A DNA stretch of 63,585 nucleotides, filler included, from Octopus bimaculoides (lineage: Eukaryota): NCBI RefSeq assembly GCF_001194135.2. It is 5 parts of 5 records of this genome, joined end to end, with 100 filler letters (N's around TTAATTAATTAA, not from the genome) between each part and the next. Parts side by side here need not be neighbours in the genome. Positions count along the whole stretch, not along the records: positions 53,839 to 61,423 come from NC_068995.1; positions 61,524 to 63,585 come from NW_026426296.1; 3 more parts are not named here. One strand, given 5' to 3'. The position numbers and the translations under genes are program-made. The notes beneath the pieces are model-generated. The model had not been told where the DNA came from and did not search any database. It was given only the letters and a program-made list of their open reading frames with translations. Shown here piece after piece: positions 53,932 through 63,585 of the stretch. Numbering within the stretch: position 1 is the stretch's first letter; every line of letters begins with the position of its first letter.

Positions 53932-54200
53932 CTTTCGTCCGGCTCCGTTATTCCAGAGGTTCATCAATCCCATGCCTATTTCTCTCCGCTCGACCGAATC
54001 CACAAAATCTCTTGAAAATTTGGATCCGTATAAAAGGTTATCAGAGCAACCACCCCATTCAAAATCATCTGGATTATCGTTTTCTATAAGTTTCTGCCCA
54101 CAGCCACAGTGATTCAGTTGCCCTTTAGAGCAGCCTCGAGACACGCTATACATAATACCAGCCGAAAAAATAGCATATAGATAAGCTGTCTCTCTACTTT
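53932..54200 (-). CDS. Internal coding exon of a Wnt ligand gene (WntA-like; Wnt4/5-like not excluded)
   Basis: Translates as (x)SRETAYLYAIFSAGIMYSVSRGCSKGQLNHCGCGQKLIENDNPDDFEWGGCSDNLLYGSKFSRDFVDSVERREIGMGLMNLWNNGAGRK, matching the Wnt blocks RETA..A..SAG, C..G.L..C.C, WGGCSD and MNL.NN.AGR. Acceptor tttgtttttcag|AA (phase 1) and donor AAG|gtaatt (phase 0); 269 nt = 2 nt + 89 codons. Subfamily inferred from RETAY, KFSRDFVD and GLMNL. Confidence 0.95.
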
Positions 54201-55129
54201 CTGAAAAACAAAGCAAAATAAAGTAAAAAATTTGAATGCCAAATTACTATGACATTCCAATAAGACTACAGAGACAACGTTCAAATAGAATAAATTTACA
54301 AGTTGATTAAATGTAACATTGACTTTTGTTAAGTTCCTTCAGTGATATAATATACGGTTCTGTTTAATCCTTTTAGTATTATTCCACTTCTACAAGAAAA
54401 TATTAGATGCAGTATTATATCATAACATATCTGTATCTCTATAAGAAAGATCTATAACGCGAATGACAGTAAGGCGTATTCTATTTTGGACCTTATAAGC
54501 TGTATATTTAACTAGAGCTTAAGTAACGGAATATATGCACAGAGATATATAATAAAGAAAATATGAAATTGTAGACACCTGATAAGAAGACAAGTTGAAT
54601 TGAAAATTTTACAGATGAATACATGCATACAAAACATCTATAGAATTATATAATACTTTAAATTTGTCAGATAATATTTTGGAGACCTGTATGTAATAAG
54701 CAATACACGCTTACTGAAGTGTATGCATAAGTTATTAAAAGTATATATATCCGCATGTACTTTATATACTATACAGGTGAATCGTTGAAGGCAAAATTTC
54801 TATTTATGTTTGTATCTGCCTGAGAGAGATGGATTAAATCTAACATTTGATTATCTTAAATTGCGCGAAATAAACAATAACGTATATTAAAACAAAAATC
54901 TCTGGCGCAGAAAACTAGATAAAATTTTACAGGGAATGTATGTAATACAATAAAAGTCTTCATAGCAACCCATTACCCTTCACAAAGTAAAGTTGATGAG
55001 GCGCCAGAAATGATAAATCGACGGATTAAATGACTTACAATGTTCGACTTCTTTAAACTTTTAATTCAACTGCTGAAAGTCCTAATTTTATAATTATTTC
55101 TGGAAAATCAATAAAATATATACTAGATA

Positions 55130-55322
55130 CGAGGGGTGTCCATTAAAAATTTCCCCTGATACACTTCCAAAGGACTGGGATAAACGAAACATGGCGCAGT
55201 CCTTCTCTATATGGTGACACACTTTTCCCATCGCTTTATGCAGCTGTGAAAACCGCGTCTTTAGAAGGTTGCTTCTGGAGCCAAGACTTTACCTCGGAAA
55301 ATGAGTTCATCATCATCCGAAA
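55130..55322 (-). mobile_element. Mariner 3'-end fragment
   Basis: TA|CGAGGGGTGTCCA TIR; minus strand reads F.DDDEL / EVKSWLQKQP / KRWEKCV; truncated at a (TG)n tract. Confidence 0.65.
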
Positions 55323-55331
55323 AGTGTGTGT

Positions 55332-55397
<66 letters not shown>

Positions 55398-56579
55398 GCG
55401 TGTGTGTGTACATATACTTTGTATTACGTTGGAACAGTAAGTGCTGTCGCTTCTCAAAATAGAATAGGCATTTTTCGTTTAATCCAGATAATAATTCCCC
55501 TCTTTAGCATAACCCTATCTCTTTAGCAAAGTGTTAATCCTACGGGCGTAAAATTGTTCGGGTTTCGAAACAAAGAAACAATAAATACTATTTATGACCC
55601 CTTCATAATCAAGTACCTGTTTCTCCCTTTTAAGTAATGTAAAATAATAGTCAGATGGAGCAACGCCGTGAGAATAAAAAGGATGTGGCAAAATTTCGAT
55701 ATGTACTACCTTTTTTTTCTCTTTTACTGATTGACTCGAGCAATATGTGGTCTTGCATTATCGAGTGAGATCAAATAAGAGTGCTTCCACTTGACAATGC
55801 TTCACATTAAATGTTTTGATATTTCGAAGATAACACTATTCATATTCCAGCAAACACAAGCCAAAATTATTTTTCGAGTGTAGCCCTTGTTTGGGGATGG
55901 ATTTTCCTTTTTCTTTGGGCGCTAACCATTGTCGTTTCCGTATAATATGATTATAAGGGACCTACTTTCTATCAATTTTGATGATTCTAAAGGCAAGGTT
56001 CGGTAGTAAATCTACACTACAATGGCGAGAAGAGAGCAACTCATTGATTAACCTGAGAAGCAATCAGATGATGTATGATTTGGTTTCAATTCATTTGTTG
56101 ACTCTCTTACAATTTGCTTTGGATTGTCCTCAGCTAAAGCCTTCAATAGCTCAATAGTTTCAGAACTTGGTCACCCGGATTGAAGGGAATCTGCGTGAGA
56201 AAAATTTACCGAGTGAAGTTGGTCAAACCCTTTTTGTCATATAGACACTTAAAGTTCATTTTCATAGAGATAACATATATTTCTTTCCGCTTCCATTGCT
56301 GAAGAGACCGTTTTGAATCCATAGAGCATGAAGTGTCTAATATGAGTCTAATCTAAACTCATTTTAAAAGGGTTAAAAAGGATAGGAAATTAATCACTAT
56401 GGTGTAAAGTAAACTGCAAAAAAAAGAAAAAAATGCATTATAATGTGAAACTTAATACCTATGTTACTGTAAGTATTGAAAAACTACTCTCGAAATGAAC
56501 GTGTCAAAAAATGGCATAAGACATGCTTTCCAACCTAATACGTGTTCACGTGCGTGTACTTCACACACGAGTACACATA

Positions 56580-56628
<49 letters not shown>

Positions 56629-56721
56629 NNNNNNNNNNNNNNNNNNNNNNNNNNNNNNNNNNNNNNNNNNNNNNNNNNNNNNNNNNNNNNNNNNNNNNNN
56701 NNNNNNNNNNNNNNNNNNNNN

Positions 56722-56762
<41 letters not shown>

Positions 56763-58583
56763 CACACACATACGCACACGCGCGTGCGCGTGCACACTCA
56801 CACGCACACATGTTCATATAGATTATATATTGGTCGTTACTCTAAACACTATGTATAGAGGATATTCATCATACTCCTTATCTAATTAGCACATATTTCA
56901 CAAACGTAATAAATTGAAAATAAATCGCCCTGAGTCAAGGGACTGTGGGAAGTAACTGGCATTGATGCATAACTCTTAGATTATGGACATAAGTAACTTC
57001 CCCTAACTGTACGTTCATAACTAACGGAGGAGATGTGATTAATAAATGTATTATGATGGGCGTCAAATTCGCCATCTTTATATTTGCTATAGTCTATTGA
57101 GGAAAATTACTTGCTTCGTTCGTCCAAAATATATAATGCAAGAAGATCGCATATATGTACCATTCTTACAATCTCATACTTATATAAAAAAAAATAAACC
57201 AAGTGCATCAAATTTCATGTTGAAGTGGAAAATCATTGTATATAAATGAAAATCTCAATATCGGCATCTTATCAATTTTTAGTACATTCTCGGGCCGCTT
57301 CATAGCAGGAATTTGAAGATCAACGATTAAAATCCCGCAATCTGATCTGAAATCTATTTTTATACTTGTTAATATTGTTAAAACAATTGATGACTGTGTT
57401 ATTACGCTCTATTGTTGAAGAATGAGGTTTTTCTAATATAATCTATAATACATTAAAAGTCAGTTTGAATATTGCTTGCTTGCAATGTTACCCAACCAAA
57501 CTGGCGCATAATGGGAAAATATTATGAATTACGTTTTCCCTGAAATATTAATACGAACGGAATGAAACAAGTTTCGCGTAAATCGGAGCTGTAGTTATTG
57601 AGATATTCGGGGTTTGGGGTATAAATACCCAAAACGGTGCATAATGGGAAAATGTTCCGAATATGTTTCTGAAAGGGAAGAAACACTAGCCTTTCGATTA
57701 GACAGTGATTTGACAACTAAAAAATACGATTTGTTCTTTTTTTTACAGTAAATGTTTCTATTTTCGCTTTTGTTAAACACAATATTTTAATTATTCATAA
57801 ATATTTTTTAAGTGAATGCGATTTTAAAAATCTAAGTTGTTTGTACAGTCAATATTTGTATTTTAGCTTTCTTTAAATAGACAATATTTTAATGTTTTTT
57901 TTAATATTATTTTCAAGTGAATACCATTACAAAAAAAATTTTTTGACATATTTAAAAAATATTTTAAAGTGAAAATGACATTAAAAATACGGTAAATACT
58001 TCGTAAAAGACCTCGGTGTGAAATATTTTTTCCATAGGTTTTTTCGAGTGCATTCAACGTATCTCACCTCTAAAGATTTAGCTGTTATTTCTAGCAAGCC
58101 CTGCTACCACGTAACAACTATTTGCGATAAAGGACCCGAAATACCTTGATAGCAGGATGAGCAAAAAATAGCAGCCAAATCCTTCCTTTTCTGGGGAAAG
58201 GAGCCGTTTACGTGTGATTTCGATGTCACATTCGTTGAAAGCATACGAAATAACCTTTGAAAAGAAAAAAAAAACCCACGAAACAAAACTCCGTTGCTAG
58301 GAAACTCAGGGTTTCCCGGTGGATGAACGAGTAATGGGTAGTCTAGTTAAACTTTAAAAATCTCGCCTGCAATCTGAAATTGAGCTTTTATTGTGTTAAT
58401 TTTACTGTCTTAATTACTCGCAGTTAAAGGATAGAAGAATAATTTCTTTTTATCATCCTTATTTGTGGTCCACGTTTATTTTATTTTTTTCCAATCTACT
58501 TGTTATAAATTTTCGCCTTTATATTGTGATTGTGAGTATGGTACATTGGTCTTCATTGAATTTTTTGATTTTTATAATTATTA

Positions 58584-60971
58584 CACTGGGCAACAAAATG
58601 AAAAGTATTGTCTGCTACCCAGAAAAATAGTGCTGTACGAAACTAAATTGAGTACGCTGATTCCGAATCTGAACTCAGAATTGCTGTAGCATGTCAGGAT
58701 TTTGAGTTACGGGCATAATTATATATTAATACTATATTAGTATCAGGAATAGTTAAGTTTAAGGTAAATAATTATTATAATAATATATTAGTACTGTATA
58801 TAGTAAATTTATGTTCAAGTCAAACAGTATTATAATAAAATGGTACATTGTATATTTATGTTAAGGGAATACTCACTTTATTTTTGATATGCTCGGCTCA
58901 GAAATGTTTGAGACACTTGCTCTTGCGCTTATATGTCGTGCTGGTCTCCCGTTGTATGAACCAGCAGTAGTCACACATCCTGTGTGGATTGAATCGGCCT
59001 TCATACCTCGTTTCCATCTCAGATATGTCCTGGTGGAACCTGGAACCTTTCACTATGTTCATCACTAACGGTACCAAGATACGTTGGAAAAAAATCGAGA
59101 TGAGAATGCAAGAAGTGCATTTTAAGGGATATTTGGCATCCCATTCTTTCCCACACTGTTAGCATGTTGTTTATTAAATCAGCATAATTTTCAGCTCAAT
59201 GATTTCCCAGTAAGTTCTGTACAACTAATACGAATGAATCCCATGCCTTCAGCTCAACTGGATTCAGTTTACCTCTGAATTTGCTATCAGACATCAATTC
59301 TCTGATCTCGGGTCCAATGAAAATGCCTTCTTTCAGTTTTGCGTCACTTTTCTCTGCACCAAATATTACTTTTAGGTACTGGAAACCACAACAATCGTGT
59401 GTCATTGCTTTTACGAAGTTTTCTATCTAGCCGAGTTTAATGTGAAGGGGTGGAAAGAAGAACTTTTGCGGGTCTACCAGTGGAATATGCTGCACATTGT
59501 ACCGACCAACTATGCCCACATCTCTTTTAGGCCAGTCGTTCACCGTGTAATGATTGCTGTCGTCGCGGTTGTTCCAAACTCACAAGAAGCACATATTTTT
59601 GGTATATCCAAGCTGCAGTCCAAGGAAGTGGGAAATCACCTTTAAATCACCTCAAATATTCCACTTATTAACTGAGTAATTAACTCCATCGATTCATAAG
59701 CTTCTTCCATACCGATAATACGACCCACAAGACGGAAAGGGTTTTCATTACCATTATGTAAAAACACAGCTTTGAGGCTAACCTTACACGAGTCTATAAA
59801 CAATCTCCATTCGTTAGCCACATGCTCGTGTCCTAGTTTTTGCATGAGTGCATCAACATCAGTACAGAAACAAGCATTATTTTATTGCTTGAAAAAGACA
59901 GATAAGCCTTCAAGGCGGGCACGGAAGATGGAAATGTTCGTACCTTGCTGTAGGAGATTCCTTTGTTGTAGTTTGGATCCCCAAACTTCTGCCCTCTCCT
60001 TTGACAATGTCAGGTCTCTTACTAAATCGTTCAAATGTTCTTGATTAAACAATCGTGGCTCATTTTTCTTATAATCAACTACGTACTCTTCGTCGATAGG
60101 AGAATCAGGGGGTTAATCGTGCGATGTGTCAACGTCTTCAAGTGAATCATGTGAGAGAGGAACTGGGACAGGGTGCTCAGAGTCATGTGGGACCTGCTTT
60201 AGAGCCGACTTGCAATCTGCATACACAATTTTTGCTTTGGTATTCTTTGAGAAACCAGTAATATTAGTCATGTAAAAGTAACAACCAGAGACATGATTGG
60301 TTGGCTCACGCCATACCATTGGTACAGCAAAAGGCATTCTCTTCCGTTTTCCATTCAACCACTGTGTAAGCCCTGAGTAACACACGGTGCAGCACATATG
60401 AGGTGCCCACCTCTTGTCTTGGTCCCAACTTTACACCCGAAATAATATTTTTAGGCAATTTATAATTTGGTAGCAATGTTCCTCTGCTGGTCACGCGGAG
60501 CAAGTTTCCACAGACATAACAAACGTTGTCTGGGTGATTCACACAGCCTCTCCTATCCACGATCTAACACAATCAACACAATTAGATCCGTATTCACGCA
60601 GAGTGAGAGATACATATACCACACGTGACAATAGCGCAAACGACACTAATAGTTACCAAGAACATAATATGTCAGCGCCATCTATTGCTAAACTAAATAA
60701 TGAACTTTCTCATCGTTTGTTTTATTGCTGTTATTTCTTTAATTTTGAATTAAGACCGCTTTCATTTTAGCCAATTCTATAATACGGCCTATATCTAGCC
60801 GAAAGTATAGTTATAATCTTGCGCATGCGTATAACTCAAAATCCTGACGGGCTAGAACAATTCTGAGTGCAGATTCGGAATCAACATCTTCGATTTAGTC
60901 TAAAACATGCTTTTGGTGTTGAAGAGTTCACCGAGTCGGTTATGTATTTTATATTGGTTTATCGTTTTGTT
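58584..60971 (-). mobile_element. Chapaev3-like DNA transposon, near-complete and frameshifted
   Basis: TTA|CACTGGGCAACAAAA terminus; ~75-bp subterminal inverted repeats (58641-58716 / 60825-60900). Transposase remnants: CVNHPDNVCYVCG, APHMCCTVC, WREPTNHVSGCYF, EWRLFIDS, AKLKEGIFIGP, SLKMHFLHSHLDFFP, FHQDI..METRY, CDYCW. The high-coordinate end is approximate. Confidence 0.75.
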
Positions 60972-61025
60972 AGAAAATATTGGTGTTTTTTTAGAATGCT
61001 TGTTTGCTTAATATTAGGTTCAAGT

Positions 61026-61240
61026 AAGGCTGCGAGAAGGTAGAATCGTTAGCACGTCGGACAAAATGCTTAGCGGTATTTTTTCCGTCTCTCTAAGTTC
61101 AAATTGCGCTGAGATTGACTTTGTCATTCATCCTTTCGAGATCGATAAAATAAGTACCATTTGAGCATTAGAGTCAATGTAATCGACTTACACATCCCCT
61201 CAAAACTGCTCGCTTTGAACCAAAATTGGAAAGAAATATT
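61026..61240 (+). mobile_element. SINE A, decayed
   Basis: aaggctgcgag..gttagcacg..tcatcctttcgagatcgataaaataagtacca. Confidence 0.75.
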
Positions 61241-61387
61241 AGTTTTAGTTTAGTTTGGGGGCTATTCGTATGCTTACAGAATTTAAGACTAGATATTAAA
61301 TGTAGGAGGTCGGAAATGTTGGTGTATTCATTAAGGAGAGAGAGAGATGGGGAGAGAGAGAGGGAGAGAGGGAGGGAGAGAGAGAGG

Positions 61388-61423
<36 letters not shown>

Positions 61424-61523
61424 NNNNNNNNNNNNNNNNNNNNNNNNNNNNNNNNNNNNNNNNNNNNTTAATTAATTAANNNNNNNNNNNNNNNNNNNNN
61501 NNNNNNNNNNNNNNNNNNNNNNN
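61424..61523. other. Artificial 100-nt scaffold spacer
   Basis: N44-TTAATTAATTAA-N44. Confidence 0.95.
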
Positions 61524-61855
61524 CGCTTGACAACCGATGCTGGTGTGTTTACGTCCCCGTAACTTAGCGGTTACGGGGACGACCAAAGCCTTGTGAGTGG
61601 ATTTGGCGGACGGAAACTGAAAGAAGCCTGTCGTATATATGTATGTGTGTCTGTGTTTGTCCCCCCAATATCGCTTGACAACCGATGCTGGTGTGTTTAC
61701 GTCCCCGTAACTTAGCGGTTCGGCAAAAGAGAGACCGATAGAATAAGTACTAGGCTTACAAAGAATAAGTCCTGGGGTCGATTTGCTCGACTAAAAGCGG
61801 TGCTCCAGCATGGCCACAGTCAAATGACTGAAACAAGTAAAAGAGTAAAAGAGTA
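61524..61855 (+). mobile_element. SINE family C with a duplicated internal segment
   Basis: cgcttgacaaccgatgctggtgtgtttacgtccccgtaacttagcggtt occurs at both 61524 and ~61673. Confidence 0.85.
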
Positions 61856-62053
61856 TGTTTAAGCAGTTATTAGTACAATATACAAAGTGTCAAGGTTTTA
61901 TAATAATAATAATCTGTCAAGTTAAAGGCATAAGTTGTCTAATGAAGAAATACTTTCTGTAGATGAACAATAGGAAATCATATAAAAAGATAGTGTTATT
62001 CAACTATTAAATGAATTTGGACGTACAACAGTATTAATAAAAAAGAACAACAA

Positions 62054-62110
62054 AAGGGCTACACCATCAATGGGGAGTACTATGCCAACTTATTGAGACA
62101 GTTACAAATA
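62054..62110 (+). mobile_element. Short mariner transposase fragment
   Basis: Translates as KGYTINGEYYANLLRQL. Confidence 0.6.
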
Positions 62111-62199
62111 CCTTGCAAGAACAAACACCCGCCCAGATAAACTGACAAAAGGGGTCCTGTTTCATGAGAAGAATGTTCCAGCACACAAGTGTATAGAAT

Positions 62200-62850
62200 G
62201 TATATAAGGGCAACCAGCTGTAAAAACCTTGCCAAAACTGACCTCGCCTGTGTTTGGCCAGGTAAAAAGCACTAAGTCCACTCTGCTGAGTGGCTGGCGT
62301 TAGGAAGGGCATCCAGCTGTAAAAATCCTGTTTGTTTCAAAATATATTTAAAATTTATAATTAGCAATAAAGCAATAATCTACAATTTTATAAATTCAAA
62401 TTACGATGAATGCCAGTGCCGCTGGACTGGCTCCTGTGCAGGTGGCACGTAAAATACACCATTTCGAGCGTGGCCGTTGCCAGTACCCCCTGACTGGCCT
62501 TCGTGCTGGTGGCATGTAAAAAGCACCCACTACACTCTTGGAGTGGTTGGCGTTAGGAAGGGCATCCAGCTGTAGAAACTCTGCCAGAACAGATTGGAGC
62601 CTGGTGTAGTCATCTGGTTTTCACCAGTCCTCAGTCAAATCGTCCAACCCATGCTAGCATGGAAAGCGGACGTTAAACGATGATGATACGATGGGCTTCT
62701 TTTAGTTTCCGTCTACCAAATACACTCACAAGGCTTTGGGTGGCTGAGAGGCTATAGTAGAAGACACTTGCCCAAAGTGCCGTGCAATGGGACTGAACCC
62801 GGAGCCGTGTAGTTAGAAAACAAGCTTCTTACCACCTAGCCATGCCTTTG
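62200..62850. mobile_element. RTE 3' UTR copies (+, 62200-62690) and a SINE C head (-, 62690-62850)
   Basis: Collinear with 33880-34392 and 19240-19415. Confidence 0.8.
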
Positions 62851-63585
62851 ATTACCTAGCTACTGTCCTCATTCAAAGATATTGTGTGGGTCACTATTTG
62901 AAACAGAATTAAACAGAAATATCTCCAAACACTTCCTTGCGGTGACTACGTCGACATTAAAAAAAATCTTATCTTATTTCACGTTTCTGTAACCTACCTC
63001 ATATCACGTTTCGTTCAAATCACGTTAACACGTTAATAGTATTTAATTTACAACAGAACAGTATATTAATTACCTAACAAACAAAAAAAAAAACAACGAC
63101 AATTCGATGCAATTAAGTCAAAAATCTCATTATGTAACTCCTTTTCTTGATGAATGTTGCCATGTTGGATGATGTTCCATAAAGGGGTCTTTCGAAATAT
63201 TTTTTTGAAGGTTAACTGGGTGAGTAACTAGTGACCCTTTTAAGGGTTTTGTGTTTGTGTTTATGCTGTTTTCTTTTTTAAGTTATTTTTTATCATTATT
63301 TTGCTTTAAAGTTTTTAATAATAATTATTTTTATCTGGTTCTTTTTGTTGTAAATATATATATATTTATGTGTGTGTGTATGTATGCACTAACATAGCTG
63401 CAGTAGGGGTGGCCCACCCTGGGCGGGACTTTTTAAAGGGGTAGCACATTTGGGTCTGCTATGAGCAATATGTTTTTTGTGGGGTCTGAGAGTGGCAGGG
63501 ACGTAAACTTACATACACTGATTGTCAAGCAGTGGGGATAACAAACAGTCACAAACACACACACAGATATATATATATATATATA

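Noticed and set aside
4672-56858. Long ORFs in the track made of X runs or of YIYI/VCVC/HTHT/LSIY/ERER repeats
   Set aside because: They span N gaps or (TA)n, (TG)n, (GATA)n and (GA)n microsatellites and have no coding information.
57480-58350. Repeated cataatgggaaaat motifs and sequence resembling DNA-transposon subtermini
   Set aside because: Could not identify paired TIRs or a TSD.

Overview
Eukaryotic, AT-rich, microsatellite-dense draft genomic DNA with many N gaps. The repeat types suggest a coleoid cephalopod (Octopus-like); this is an inference. Only one host-gene element is well supported: an internal Wnt exon on the minus strand (53932-54200, canonical AG/GT, most like WntA). I found no other Wnt exons in the window. 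The rest is mainly transposable-element debris: an R4/Dong-type REL retrotransposon plus remnants, a Tx1/L1-like 3' fragment, RTE-type LINE pieces, Penelope-like elements, four mariner remnants, a near-complete Chapaev3-like DNA transposon, a foldback element carrying a 233-bp LTR remnant, three tRNA-derived SINE families and a 15-bp minisatellite. Four identical 100-nt N44-TTAATTAATTAA-N44 spacers are artificial joins, so order across them is unproven. I found no convincing novel protein-coding system. The most interesting signals are non-coding: an (ATT)n/(TAA)n-centred LINE/SINE/Dong nesting pattern, a foldback whose second arm preserves the pre-insertion site of the LTR remnant, and a recurrent CGAAA-N23-25-CTGATGAA motif with hammerhead core words in permuted order. 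All alignments were done by eye; repeat boundaries are approximate unless TIRs or TSDs are quoted.
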